A stretch of 64,000 bases of DNA from Lama guanicoe (Eukaryota): the NCBI GenBank assembly GCA_013239625.1, contig MU054391.1, positions 124,001-188,000 on the forward strand. The letters run 5' to 3'. Within the stretch, counting starts at the first letter, position 1. Every line of letters starts with the position of its first letter. A program made the position numbers and the translations under genes. Below, piece after piece: positions 33,292 to 46,500 of the stretch. The notes below the pieces were generated by a model. The model was not told the origin of the DNA. It was given only the letters and a program-made list of their open reading frames with translations, and did not search any database.

Positions 33292-36200
33292 ACTGTTGCA
33301 GCCTGGGGAGGCACACAGTTTGCTCCTAGGTGAAGATGATGTGTATATATGGTTGGCCAGGGATATGAATATATAAAGATGGTCTATTTTTGCTCACCTG
33401 ACTCTTCCTTATAATCACAGGAATATTTGAACATGGCAGCTCTGCTTCCTCTGAATGTTTGCCACTTTTATAATGCAGTCCATTAGACAAACAGGATTTG
33501 GGTTACTTAGTGCCCATCAAACACAGGCTGATTCCTGGTGCTGATGGAACTCCGAGTTTAACTGACATCAAACAGAAACAGTTGTATAATTCTACCAAGG
33601 GAGGGTGAGTCCATGCTGAGAAGCCTTAACTCACATTCAGCTGCCACTGTTATAAGTCCGTGGATGTGCAAGGTGCAGAGGGGAGATTTTCTGCTTCTGA
33701 GACTCCGTGTTTGTTGGGGTGATGGACATGTCACTTGGTGAGACCAAGGCGGGTAGCGTGCATGTGTGTTGGGCTGGAGTCCAGGTAGTTTATGGATGGA
33801 GATAGGGAATAAGGAGGGAAAGTTGTCTGACTTTAAAAGGTCATCGCGTATTTGGAAAATCTGAGGAATTCCTCTCTGGAGCAGAGTGAGGGAGAACATG
33901 AAAAGAAAAGAAGCCATTCTAAGCTCTGTGAACGTTCTCCTGGGATCTGTGATGTGTGGTGGTGGCAGCTCAGATTTGTACTTGATGTAGGTCATGCTGG
34001 GGGTGGAGGTGGAGAATGGACCTGAGGGATTTGCCAGCGGCGGGTGGACAGGAAGAGGCTTTTAGTTCATTCACAAGCCCACCCCTCCCTCCAGGTAGAC
34101 CCTGTCCTTCCACAGAGACAGTGGACCTGCAGGGCGTCCAGGGAGGGAGGAACTATCCCCACCCTGTGCCGTCAAATAGGTGACTGAATACAAACCAGCA
34201 AGTTATAAAAAGTGCAGAAGGAAAAAATACAGAGATGCTGAGAGAGAGAGACGGCATGATAAGGTGGAGAGGAACCTACGTTTCATTGGGTGGTCTGAAA
34301 CTCGTCCCTGAAGAGGTGCCACCTGATTCCAAAGGGTGGAAGTGGCCGCTTTAGTGGGAATACCGGTAAGAAAGGAAGAAGCTGGGGCTAAGTTGTGGTA
34401 ACAGGGTTGGGGAGAAGAGTTTCTTTATTGTTTCATCCTGAGAGCAGCATTCCCAGTGCCGCGTGGCTCCGTGTGTGCATTTACAAACACAGGGAAAAGA
34501 ACAAACGTGAACTTGAACTTGGAGCTGTTTAGCCTGCGTTCCTCCATTCAGCTAGTCCTGGCCTCGTGCTCAGCGTGTGCCGACGTGGTCTCTGCAGACG
34601 TGGGGACCCGCAGTGTGCAGAGTAGGTGCTCTTTACTTGGCTTAAGAGGTAACGTCAGCCTACTAAGGAAAAATCAGGCAACACAAAAACCACCGCAAAG
34701 CAGAAGTTTAAGTGAAAGTCCTATTCTACTCTGCCCTACTCCGTGTGGGAAGGAGGGCACCGCCGCCCACGTGGCCACTTTCTCTGCTGTGCCCGCGGCC
34801 ACAGCTGATCTGTGGGCCGCCCTGGTGCTGAGCGCCTGTGCACAGGCGGGTGCCATGGGTGTGGCCCAGCCCACCTGGCTGCGGGTGCAGAGCTTTGCGC
34901 CGAGAGCACGAAGCTATGACCCTCCAGGAAGGGCCCCGGGTCCCTCCAGCTCCGGGTTCCAGGGGCCACTGGGATGGCACCTGCTGACACGTGGACGCTA
35001 ACCTCAGGTGTCCGCCAAAGTCCTCATTTTGCTCCGTCACCCCTGAGGATGTCAGTCAGTGTTGGAGAGGTTCCCCCAGGTGCCTTTGGACACATTCACG
35101 TCTGTAGTTCATGCCACATCTTGTGGCAGTGAGTTCCTGAGTTTACTTTTCATTAAAGTACTTTCTTAGTTCATCTGAAGCACGACCTGGAGCTGCCTGG
35201 ACCAGCCCGTCCTCTGCTGCCGGAATCCAGCACCGAGGCCGTGTGTTGGCCTGCGAGCCACAGGGACCCTGACGCTGAAGTTCCCGTCTGCAGGATGGGT
35301 TCCTGCCTGTCCTTTGCAGTGACGGGTCTGCTCCCGCGCTGCCTGGGTAACAGACGCAGATGCCTCTGGTAAACCCAGCAGCAGCAGTGTTGCTTTTTCG
35401 TGCCAGTCATGATTTGGTTGCCTCTGACCAAACACACTCCTGGCTTTTGTCCTTTCTGAATCCTAGTTTTTGGTGACTGTCCTTACATGGCAATATTTGT
35501 TTTTTGTTGTTGGTCTTAGAACCTGTCACACGAGTGGCCCTGACAACTTCATCAAAGCGTTATTACTGCATGTGCCACCCTTGCCTTGACCACGTGTTGG
35601 GCCGGTTCCCTGAGCGCATGGGTCCGTCTCTCTCTCAACGCAGCCCGCAGTGACCCCCGGCTCTCTGCTGGGTGCTCAAACGTTGATCACGTGCACCAGA
35701 CGCATTTCACATGATTTCCCCCGTATCTGTTCAGACTGAAACTCAGTGTGTTTCCTCACAGCTTAGAAGCCCCGGTCGATGCTTCCTGAGAGCTTAATAT
35801 TCTGCAACCTGACGCTCTCACGCCATCGGCCTGTGGACTCAGAACGCTTGGCCGGTGTGCGGGGCAACGTTGCGTACACTCAGGGATTCAGGAGACATCC
35901 ATTTTACTCCTGCCTTTTCCCTCCACCTGTGAACAAGTGACCACGGTTGTGTAACTGTTATGCCCTCTTGTGGGTCCCTTTCGGATGCTTTAAGGACCTG
36001 AAGAGTTAAGGCTGCTGGTTTCCCTCGTCCTCCTCAGCATCGGTTCATTACTTGGTGGGATGCCCCTTCCCTGGGTGTCCAGACTCTCCTTCACTGAGAA
36101 TTACAGGAGAGCTGCAAGTTTGAGCCTCGCTAATGTGTTGCTTTTATTTCATCTGTGACCATTACTGCATAGTTACAGGAACAGCCTTTCAAAGTTAGAG

Positions 36201-38394
36201 CAGGAACACGTGAGCCCATTCTAATGAGTCGTAGCAAAATGAGAAGGACGTCTTGTCCAGCAGGGTTCGGGCCGAGGGCAGCTTCCTCCCAGGGGGTGGG
36301 AGCATTTGAGTTTGAGAGGAGACAGCATCTTTGAAAGAGGCACTTTATTTCAACATTATGTTGCATTTCTGTCATGAAACAGTCGCTGAGCATCAGCAGC
36401 GGACAGTGCACACAGCTCATGCTGCTCAGAATCCTGGCCATCGACTTTCTTCAGGTGGGCCCTCACGGAAGGCCACCAGTAACAGTGACCTTGATGAGGG
36501 TGTAGCCAGCCTAACGAAGCTCTGTGTTGAAACAGCCTGGAATTGATTGACATAATTTTAAAAGCATTTCTTGCTGAAGTTTCCAAGGGAAAAATGGTGA
36601 CCGCTCTTCTTACGTCCGGATCATGTTCTTACTCCCATCTTGAAAAATGTTTCTAATGATGAATTTCACATTCTTACCACAATAAGAAGAAATGTCTTTT
36701 TTATTGTCTGCATGTTGAAGTCAGAGCAATAGAAAATAGTAGGCAAATTTATATCAATTCCCAAGTTGTAGCTTTCATGGGCCCAGCTTTTTTCTGATAT
36801 AATTTGTACGTACAAGAGGTAAAAGAACTCTTTACATTTTTGACTGTTATTTGAACCCTTCTGACTAGCAAGTTTGTGAAGGATAGTCCCATATGTAAGG
36901 GTCTGGTAATTTTAATTTGCTCCGTCTTTTAAAACACACTCAGTTTTGAGAAACTGATACATACGATGGCAGTATCTACTCCGCAAAAGGCAAGAACATT
37001 CAAATGAAAAGTGAAAAATGGAATCAATCATTCAGATGCTTCAAATGTTTGGCATATGTAGAAATTCCATCTGAATGACTAGCTGTTTCTTAGAAAGTAT
37101 TTTTGCAGAGCTGACCCTGAGAAGATGCCTGCAATTACTTATGTACATCCTTGAGAACATGGGTGAAATTTAAGTTGAGTTGATTCCTAAATGTGCTAAG
37201 GATGTTTGTTCTTTAAAAAATCTGGTTAATTTATTTTTAAAGCAAATAAGCACTTCATGAGGAAAATCGCTATTCATCTTTTTGTAAATTTAAATTTATG
37301 TCACTACATAGAAATGGATTTTTCAAACAATCTTGGACGTTTCAGAGTTATTTTGATTATTTCTTTTCATTTTTACAATAGTTATTTTAATCCTAATGTT
37401 TAAGTTACACTAAGCTCCATAAGAACATTGTGATATTTGCAGATAAACAAAAATGCTGTGTTTACTGCCGTGGAATTCCGCATCCCGAGCCTCGTTACCA
37501 CCAGGCGGACTTGGCTGCACTCGAGTGCGGGGTGAGGGCAAGGGGTTTGGAAAATCTGTGAAAGTAAAACCACTGCTCAGGAAAGATGCACCTTTCCTGA
37601 CGTCATTCTCATCTTCATTGTTCATCACATTCCGTGAAATCTTTGCAGCGTGTCCACATTCTCTGTGTGTACACTGTCCTTTCCAAAAAGCTGACCTCTA
37701 ATGGTCAGATCAAGTAAACAAGACTCAAGCAGGAAAAAGCCACACACGGGCCCTGATTCCCTTCTCCCTCCCCGGTGATGGTTCCACTGCTGAAACCATT
37801 CCCATGACCCAGCGTTGGCCACCAGGTGCAGCGGTGCCGCTGGCCGCTGGCTCCCCAGCCTCTCCTCACCCCCTGCAGCCAGAGAAGCTGAGCCTGCACT
37901 TTAGTAGGACCCCAGGTGAGCCTCGTACACATGAAGGTTAGAAGCGTGAATTTACAGTAGGTTAAACGCTCTGGCTGGTTCTGAATCGTGTCCTTTGAGG
38001 TCTGAGCTCTCTGCACCATCACCGACTCTTCCCTCCTCCAGTACGAACACAACTGCTTCTCTGTGTTTGCTTTTCCATTGGGCCCACTGGACGCTTCCCA
38101 ATACGCACATCTCAATCTCATGCTTGTCACAGACCTTCCTCTCCGCAGCGTTTTCTTCCTTCTACTCTCCCCTCCCCCACCTGGCGTCAGGGCCTCTGCT
38201 GCTCACGCCAAGGTTCATAGCTCACACATCCTGCTCAGACCACCAGAGAGCCTGTCAGTCACTGGCTACAGCCGACCTGAAAGCTGAGGATGAATGATTA
38301 GCAATGATTTTTGTAATAAGTAACAGAGAACTCGCAGGTGGCTTAAAACAAGCACGTGCAATGCGTGCACAGGTGAACACGCATGTGTGTACAT

Positions 38395-38417
38395 CACACA
38401 CACACACACACACACAC
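38395..38417. repeat. (CA)11 microsatellite
   Basis: Perfect dinucleotide run. Confidence 0.9.
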
Positions 38418-41400
38418 GTCAGGGGACGGGACTCTGGGCTGGCCAGTGGCTCTCGGACGCCGTTCCTTTGGACGCCCCCCTCGGTCGCACGCCGGCCGCC
38501 TCAGGCCCAGGGCTTTGCGCCTCCCTGTTCTTAGACGGAGAGCCTCCTCAGCCCCGGTGCGCAGGGGCCACGGGCCAGTGTCTGCAGGTGTCTGGGCCCG
38601 CTGCTCACCGTGCGGCCTGGTGCTGCTGCCGTTTCCTCTCCCCCGAGCAGAGCAGACGTGTGGGCAGGGCGGCTGCTCTTCTTTCTTGAGAGAATGGGTT
38701 GGTGGGTCTGGTCCTCACCGGGAGGGGCTCACATTACCTGAGGTCCCGGATTTGGAGATGAGGGCAGCACGAGGTGAGAGGGACAGGGGATGGCATGGGT
38801 GCTGGTCACAGGTGGGGCTGAGGGAGACAGAGACAGAGAGACAGACGGAGAGAGAGAGAGAGATGGGGAGAGAGACCCGGCTGCTCACGGACACACGCAC
38901 TTGTCCTCAGAACAGCGAGGGGAAATGTAACGACGCATCACTCACAAGGTGGTGCACAGGCTCTCGGAGAACCGCAAGGGCTACTGCTCCCCTAGGCTCC
39001 ACACCCCCAGGCCCCAGAGGACGAGGGTGAGAACCACGCAGAGGGTTGATTTCAGGGGAGGACAAGTCAGTCTGGGGCGACTCTCAGGGAGGGAGCGGGG
39101 GTGCTGCCCAGGCCTGTGTTCTCCCTCGGCTGGGCTTCGCTCAGGCCCCACTGGAGCAGGAAGGAGGGACCTCGGAGGCGCTGCACATGAGCCCCAGGCG
39201 TGGTGCAGGGAGAGCAGCCCGGGAAGGTCAGGTGGAGACCCAGCTGCCTGGCGTGTGTCTGCATCAGCTCCTTGGAAAGGGGAGCCCAGCGTGAGGGAGG
39301 CGGTGGCTCTTGGTCAGATGCGCTTTGTTTCTCACCCTCCCAGCGAGAGCTGCGTGGAAGCCATTCAGGCGAAAGCTAAGCCCGGGACATGTGGAGCAGA
39401 CCAGTGGGACTCTGCTGGTCTTGCGGGCATGCTGTGTGTGTGCTGTGTTGCCTAAAATATGCCTGTTTTATGCAAAAGACAATGCTCTGTTTGGTGGAGC
39501 CTCTGCCAGTCCACGAACCCATGCGCAGTCCTAATACACGTCACTCTAGTTTACAGTGAAGCAACCTCCACCCCATCAGCTGCTGGGACTCCCTGCTCTG
39601 TAAATAGTAACCTGGGTTATTTCCTTACGAATCACAGCTTACTCTTACCTTTTGTCTCCGGGAGCTGAGGCATCTCCTTTTGCACACAACATGGGTTTTT
39701 CCTTGCCATGTCTTTGTGTGCAAATCCCCCTTGTTTTTCTTGCTGTTGAGCTAATTGATACAATCATATAATCTTTCATGGGAACACGTGTGGGTATTTC
39801 CAGAGCTCCAGGGACCTCCACGATGTGCAGGAAGTGTGATATTAGGTCCTGTAATCTAGAACAACCCTACTTTCATTTTTAAATTAAGCTTCTGCTTAAT
39901 ATTACACTTAGAAAAATAGAGAATTTTACTGCTTTAAAAAATTAAAAATTGCTGATCTGTTCTCCCGTTCTTAGCTTCGTAGAAATGCACTCAGGGAAGT
40001 TCAATGTAAGATCACACCGCTGATTAAGTGCCAGGATAGAGGACAGGAAGGTAGGCTTTCGACGTGGACTCCAGACTCTTCCCCCAGCTTCCCAGTTTCT
40101 TGTGCTAAGTTTTTAAGGTAACTGTGTAAACAACGTGGAAACGTAGGCTTGTTTCATAAAAACAACACAAGTGGACATCAGTGTCCTTGGGGACCAGTTG
40201 GGTAGAAGAGGGACCAGTGGCCTGGGCTGTGCCTCTCATGGAGCAGCGTGAGGAATAGGTGAGGGCAGAGCCACCGAGGCCATGAGCCCAACATCCCAGA
40301 ACCGGAGCTTCGGTGCCTGAGCATCTAAGGTGTCAGGAGGCTGGCGGGGGCAGGCTCACCCAGGGTCTCCAGTGGGACCCTGCTGGGACCCCTCCACACT
40401 GAGGGCAGGTGAAGTGAACGAGCTTTCTATCTGGGAAGTCCCAGTGCCAACTGGTGGCAACAAAATGAGTCGTCTTACATGACCGTAGTATTTTCTGTTG
40501 GTTTACTTGTTCATGTGATCTGTGAAAAGTGCCCTGGTCCTGTCTGGCCCAGTTCTTCTGAGCCAGGGTCATGCACTATCAGGTGAGAGTCAGTGCAATG
40601 GATCACCCACGTAAAGTCATTCCACAGGTGTACCAGCAAGGATGTCACCTGCCATAACGGGGTGCCCCGACACCCTCAGATGCCCTCTGTTGCTGCAGTA
40701 ACCGCTCTCTTAATTTATCCGTCTTGCCAAACGGAGCGCTAATTAGCATTCGAGTTCAGCCTTCCACTGGCCACCGGACTCAGTCTGGGGCTTTGACAGC
40801 CAGCTGCCCCTCTGCTTGCGTGCGTTTCTTCCCTCCTGAATCTTCTTCTAACAGTTTTTTTATTTACTGTGTGTGTCGATGGCTAACTTTCACTAGCACA
40901 TATCTAAAAGCACAGTGTGAGGTAGACTTCTTTTTGTATTTTGTTAAATAACACCAGTAACATGAAAATACATTTTCTCTGTAAAAGAAATACACAATTT
41001 GTGTTCATACAGAATAAATCCGGACTCTCCTCCCTGCTCAGCGTGCCTCCTAAGTGGTTGGGAGAGGTCCTGGTAGTCTGTTTCTACACATTTTATGTAA
41101 ACGGTCTCTCTTTCTCCCTGTCTCTCTCCTGTTCTCTCTGCCTCTGAACCTTTTATATGTTAAAAATAAAACACAACTCATTTATTTTGCCCAAGGTTTT
41201 CTCCTGAACATTTCTTGCTTATCCAGACAGAGATCAGTGTTTTTCCTTGGCAGTCGGTGACTCAGAATCTGACTGGAAATACATTCACCATTTAATTGAA
41301 GAATGTCTCCAATGTACAAGATTTCCTCCACTAGAGGCTAAAACATCTCCTTAAATGGTTCCACAAAACTTTTGAAATAATAAAATGGAAACACATTCAT

Positions 41401-43309
41401 TACTTCCACTAATAATTGACTTGATATAATTCTGTGGGTTCAACAAAGTGAACTGGTTGCCTTGGACTCAATGTTGCATTGAAACATGACAATGTCCAGT
41501 GGCCCAGGAATGAGGTGTAGCTTTACTTCCCAGTTTTATTTCAGGTAGCCAATTGTCACAGAAAGCACTTTGTCCTAGCGGAAGTGTCATCCTCCTCCCC
41601 CAGATCACGGGGGGTGCAAAGACCTCCCCGTGGATTAGAGGCAGCGCAGGTGAGAAGACTTGATCTGCTGTGTGCGCGTCCGCAGTGCCAGCGCCAGTTC
41701 ACCTGGAACCCTGAGCCTGTAACCTGCAGTCTCACCTGGGGCGGTGCGTGGACTGGCTGCATAGGCCTGTGGGTCTGGACCATGATGCCCTTACCCTGAA
41801 GTGACTCTCCTTCCCGACTCAAGGCGCTTTGTCTAGTCTCTGTGCTACTCAGCTTTGCCTATTTTTAATGCCGTTCTCAGTTATTGATGAACTCATGTCA
41901 TTGCACTGTGAAAGGAAATCTGCCTCCTGAGATACATTCCTAAAATCTCCTGACGTTTTTATCAAAGTTCTAACCACCCCTGGTGCTTAGTGTCTGGCCC
42001 CACTTCCTTCAGCGGTGCTGGTAAACAGGCACCTCTTGCCACAGTTTGGCAGCAGGAAGTTACCATAACTTACCGGGCTGATCGCTTCAGGAGATCACCC
42101 CAAGGCACATTTAAGGTTATGGCTGGTGGCTGTCTCTGGACTAACGCATTTCCGACCATGCACATGGGGCCTGCACCCCTGACAAGGAAGCAGTGATCGC
42201 AGTGACCATTCTGATGCATTTCAGTCTTAGGCAGTGCTTCATGGTCTCTGGGAAGGGAGGAGAGTTTCACTGGGCGTGGTTTCAGCTCTTGCCGTGGACT
42301 TTACCCTCACGCTTGTGAGGCATCTTGAACGCCCTCCTCTGTCTGGTGTGTCCCAGGTGCAGACTGCAGGTGTGTGGCTTCAGCCCCAGTCAGACCAGGT
42401 GGCCACCTGCAAGGGCAGGGGAGAAACCTCTGGCACCAGCCAGCCTCCCAGACGCCACGCGGCAGAAGCACCTTTCAGAGCAGCCCCTGAAAGTTGACAG
42501 TCTGGCTCTTGGAGATAATTCACCACCTTACAGCTTTCAAAGAGTTACTTCTCTGCTTAAATGATTTACATTCGACTCCATGTTTGTAAGTAGGAACAAA
42601 GAATGATTTCTTTCTTTTTAGGGAAAACAGTTAACAAGTATTTGCAGAGTGGCTTCTGCACAGACCATTGCAGCATACTTTGCAGAACGTGCTGTGTAAC
42701 CACCAGCATCAGATGGGGGGTGGTTCAAAAGGCAGGTTGCTGGATGTGCCCAGGACTGCTGCACCCAGGTGTCTGCAGGAGTCCTGGAGCTCTTTGTTCC
42801 TTGAACAAGATGCCAGGTGATTCCTGTGTCAACCATGAATGCCATGAAAGAGAGCAAGATACTGTTCTTATCAGCAGTGAATTCAGATTCAGTGAGGAAA
42901 CCACGTCCACGCCCACGTGTGTGTATGTGGTGAATGTATGTGTACAGGTATACGGCTCTCCGTGTGTGTACAGGGTAGGGCAGGTGCAGTTTGCAATAGG
43001 GCCCTGGGTCTCCCCTGCACATACGTATATAGATACATGTACACACACACACACACAGAATATAATCTGCTTTAAAGCTCCCCCAACTGATCTGATGCTG
43101 GTGCTTAGAGTACATTTTGCAAAGTATGCTTCAGTGTTCTTCGGAGAAGCTGATCTATAAATACACATTGACTGTTTCGTGTGAAAACAACACTGTTTGC
43201 TCCTGGTTGTAAACAAGGGAGCAGACCTCTGCTGCTGACCTCCCACGGCTCGCACCACGGCTACTAACCCTTAGGGTCTGTGTCCTACATGTAGTGAGCT
43301 AGAAACACA

Positions 43310-43520
43310 CATTCATTCAACAAACATTTGTCCCCATCGTGTGTCAAGCAGTGTTCTCAGGGCCAGAAATACAGAAGTGCATAGAGAAAAACCCTGTTCT
43401 CATGGAACTTACATTCCAGTGAGGAGGGAATGGTGATAAACAAATAATAACAAATAACAAGTAATAAACCCGCAGTGTGTCAGACGGGGAAACGCCGTGG
43501 AGAACAATACAGCCGGCAGG
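43310..43520 (-). mobile_element. LINE-2 3' end remnant
   Basis: attcattcaacaaacattt...tgtgtcaagcagtgttct...ccctgttctcatggaacttacattccagtg. Confidence 0.7.
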
Positions 43521-46500
43521 CAGAGCGGGGAGGGCGGGTGCTCAGTTTGCGGCGGGGCCTGGGCCTCCCCTCGCCTCGGGAGTGTACGCTGAGACTGTCC
43601 CGTGTCCCGACACAGAAAGTCAGTCTCAGAGCCTTCATGATGCCCCCTCCACATCTCACGAAGGAGTAAGTGGCAGACCTGGAGTTTAATCCTGGGAGTC
43701 TGACAAGAAATTGGGCATTTAGAAGTATTGAATAAGAAAGGCACAAGATACACTTGTCGAGGAAGAGGCTGGAGGTGAGGCGGTGCAGGTCTGCACTTGA
43801 ATTTACAACTGTATCTTAAGCGAGCCTGGTTCTACACAAAGAAGACTGCACAGGGGCCCACGTTCTCGCTGCCGGGGCTGGTGGGCGGGGGCGCTTTGTA
43901 GGTGCTGTTTGCACTTGTGGGGGATGGCATCCCCACTTGACCAGAGGACAACACAGGCCTTTTGTGCTCATGCAACATCTGGAGTTCCACTCAGACGGAA
44001 GAGGGAGGCCGTGAGGAGGCAGTGCACTTTCAGGCTACGTTCTGCTGAAGGGCTTGGCCCCCAGTTGGCTTCGCAGCATTTCCTCATCCCAGGACGGTCT
44101 GAAAGCAGCGTTTGGTGCAGGTCAGAAATGCGCAACAACCCTCCACTGAAGTGAGTCCAAAGCAAACAGAGAGACTGCGGCCTGGTGCTGGGGGCCCAGA
44201 CTTGGAGGAGGACAGACGCACTCTGTTCTCTGCGCGTCCGGACAGGAGCTGGGGCTGAGCCCTCCCTCCTCTGTCGCCAGGTTCGGGGACAAGCCTCCGG
44301 CTGCTGCTTTACTGGTCTGGAGCCAGGGTCAAACCTGTCTGTCTCTTGACTCTCTTGAAACCACCACCGCCCACTGGAAAGGGTGTTTGGAGACATGGTC
44401 AGCTGCATGGGGAGGACAGGCTGTGTGTGAATAGCTTTTATGGTGCACTTCTGTTCCCTAAATTGGAAACACATCGAGGACTCCCCCGAAGCCCCAGGCC
44501 CAACCCTGCCTGGAGCAGGCCACCCACTGCTGAGGGCCCGGCCTGGGGCACCCCGTTCTCCCACGGCCTTGCCCCGACACCGGAGGCTGCTGCCACCCCC
44601 CTGCGTTGCTTACCTGAGTCTGCCGAGATGTTGCTTGGTTTCAGTCTTTAGCTTTTATTCTTAAATGCGTTTGTTTAACATTTACTTGATTTTTCCCCTT
44701 GGGCTTTATGAAAAGAGTATCTTTGAATTGGAAGGAGGAGAAAAAAGAAAAGTGATAATTTATTTGCACATAAAGCCAAGGTCACCCGGTGCCTTCAGCA
44801 GTGAACCTGGTAAGTTTCTGCACCAAGTAGCTACTGACGCTGTGGTCCTCACAGGTGGAAGGCAGGGACTCTGCGGTTCTCCTTCCTGAGAAAGAAGAGG
44901 CTTCGCTCCCTTCGGTCACCGTCTCTGACGTGGGGAGCGGCCCTCTGGGCTGCGGGTGTGGGTCCAAACCCTCAGAGCATCCCGTCATCCGTAACCCTGG
45001 TCAGCAGTGCACACCTGTGTCTTCGTGGAGTGCCCGCAGGTGGGGAGGACGGTGACTGTGTCCCGTCAGAGGAGCTTCTGGTTGTCCGAGACTGTAAGCC
45101 TGTTAAGAGCAAGAACACATCTGTTTTGTTCCCACATCAAGGGGAATATTTGAGACACAGCAGATACTCCATAAATATTTCTGAATGAGTGAATCAACGC
45201 CTTTACTCAGCTTAATGACCGAGAACGGACATTTTTAGGCTCTTAGTTATTTTCAAATCAAAACCACTTGCATGGGTGATACTGAAAGCACTGTCCTAAA
45301 ATTAACAGCTATTTAACGTCTGAAGAGTTATAGTGGTTATCACAGAAGAAACCTCAAAAAGGCCTAATTAGTCAAAATAGCAGTTAATATTCCTAGAGGA
45401 AGCGTCCCTTTGGTTAGGGCTACCAGCAAGTGCGTCTCAGAAAGGTTCTGTGTGCCCCGAGTTCCACATTGGGGATATTCGTCACATGGCAGCCAGTGCC
45501 TCTGGCTCTGACGCTGGGCGAGTGGAAAGCTCTCAGCAGAAGCACAGCCGGGCTTTGATGTGGAGCTCAGGTGGGTTTTTGAATCATCGCTGAGCAGGTA
45601 TTTATCGAGTGGGAAGGGCAGGTACCCGGTAGTGATTCTTTTACCCCCAACCCTGGTCCGAGAGTGTCATGGAAAACTGAAATCGATGTTGGCCAAGGGA
45701 ACTGGGTGTTCTCAAACCACCCACCGCAGTCGGCCTGGCTGAAATGATGGGCAGGACATTTACGTTCAGTCCCTGAACAGTGAACAGTGAACAGTGAGCT
45801 TGTCTGGCCGAGCCAAGCCAGGCTCATTGGAGATGGAACTCCGGGCAGCAGAGGGAGCGACCTGCACTGGCTGCCGAGTCCCCACTCAGGACAGGCTTCT
45901 GGTTCCAGCTGCAGCTCATTAGCTTGTGACCCTGGACATCGGCCTCTGTGCCCTCAAATGTGCAATGAGAAGACGAAATCAGGCAAACTCTTGGGACCAC
46001 TCATGCTCTGTACAGATTCGATGATCTAGTTTCATGACTCACCATTCTCCCAAGTAAATCGTGTTTTTCACTTTTCAACTAAATTACTTTCTGTTGTAAA
46101 GTCAGAGCTGTCATCCCACACAAGAGAACCGAGTTTGAGGCTTTAGTTTAATTAACACATTTACTGAGCTGGAATGAAAGTCAGGGCCTGTCACTATCAG
46201 CCCCGCTGGGGGCAGGGATCTTGTGGGGGGCTCTGTGATCGGTGGAGCCCGAGAGGTGTTACAGCTGTGAGGTTGCTGGGCCTCGTTCCTGCCTGGCGGG
46301 CGCCCGGGGTCCGCAGAGCGTCGGGGGGCAGCGGCCACGACCCCGGCTGCTGAGCAGGGTCTGTGACTCCAGAGGAGCCTCGTCAGAGTCCACGTGCCAG
46401 GTCACAGCAGCTGCTCTGCGTGCCCCTGTCACCGCTCTCTTAATGAGAGGAGTGACATGGAACGCTTGATGAGTCAGGGGTGACAGCAGATTGCATCAGA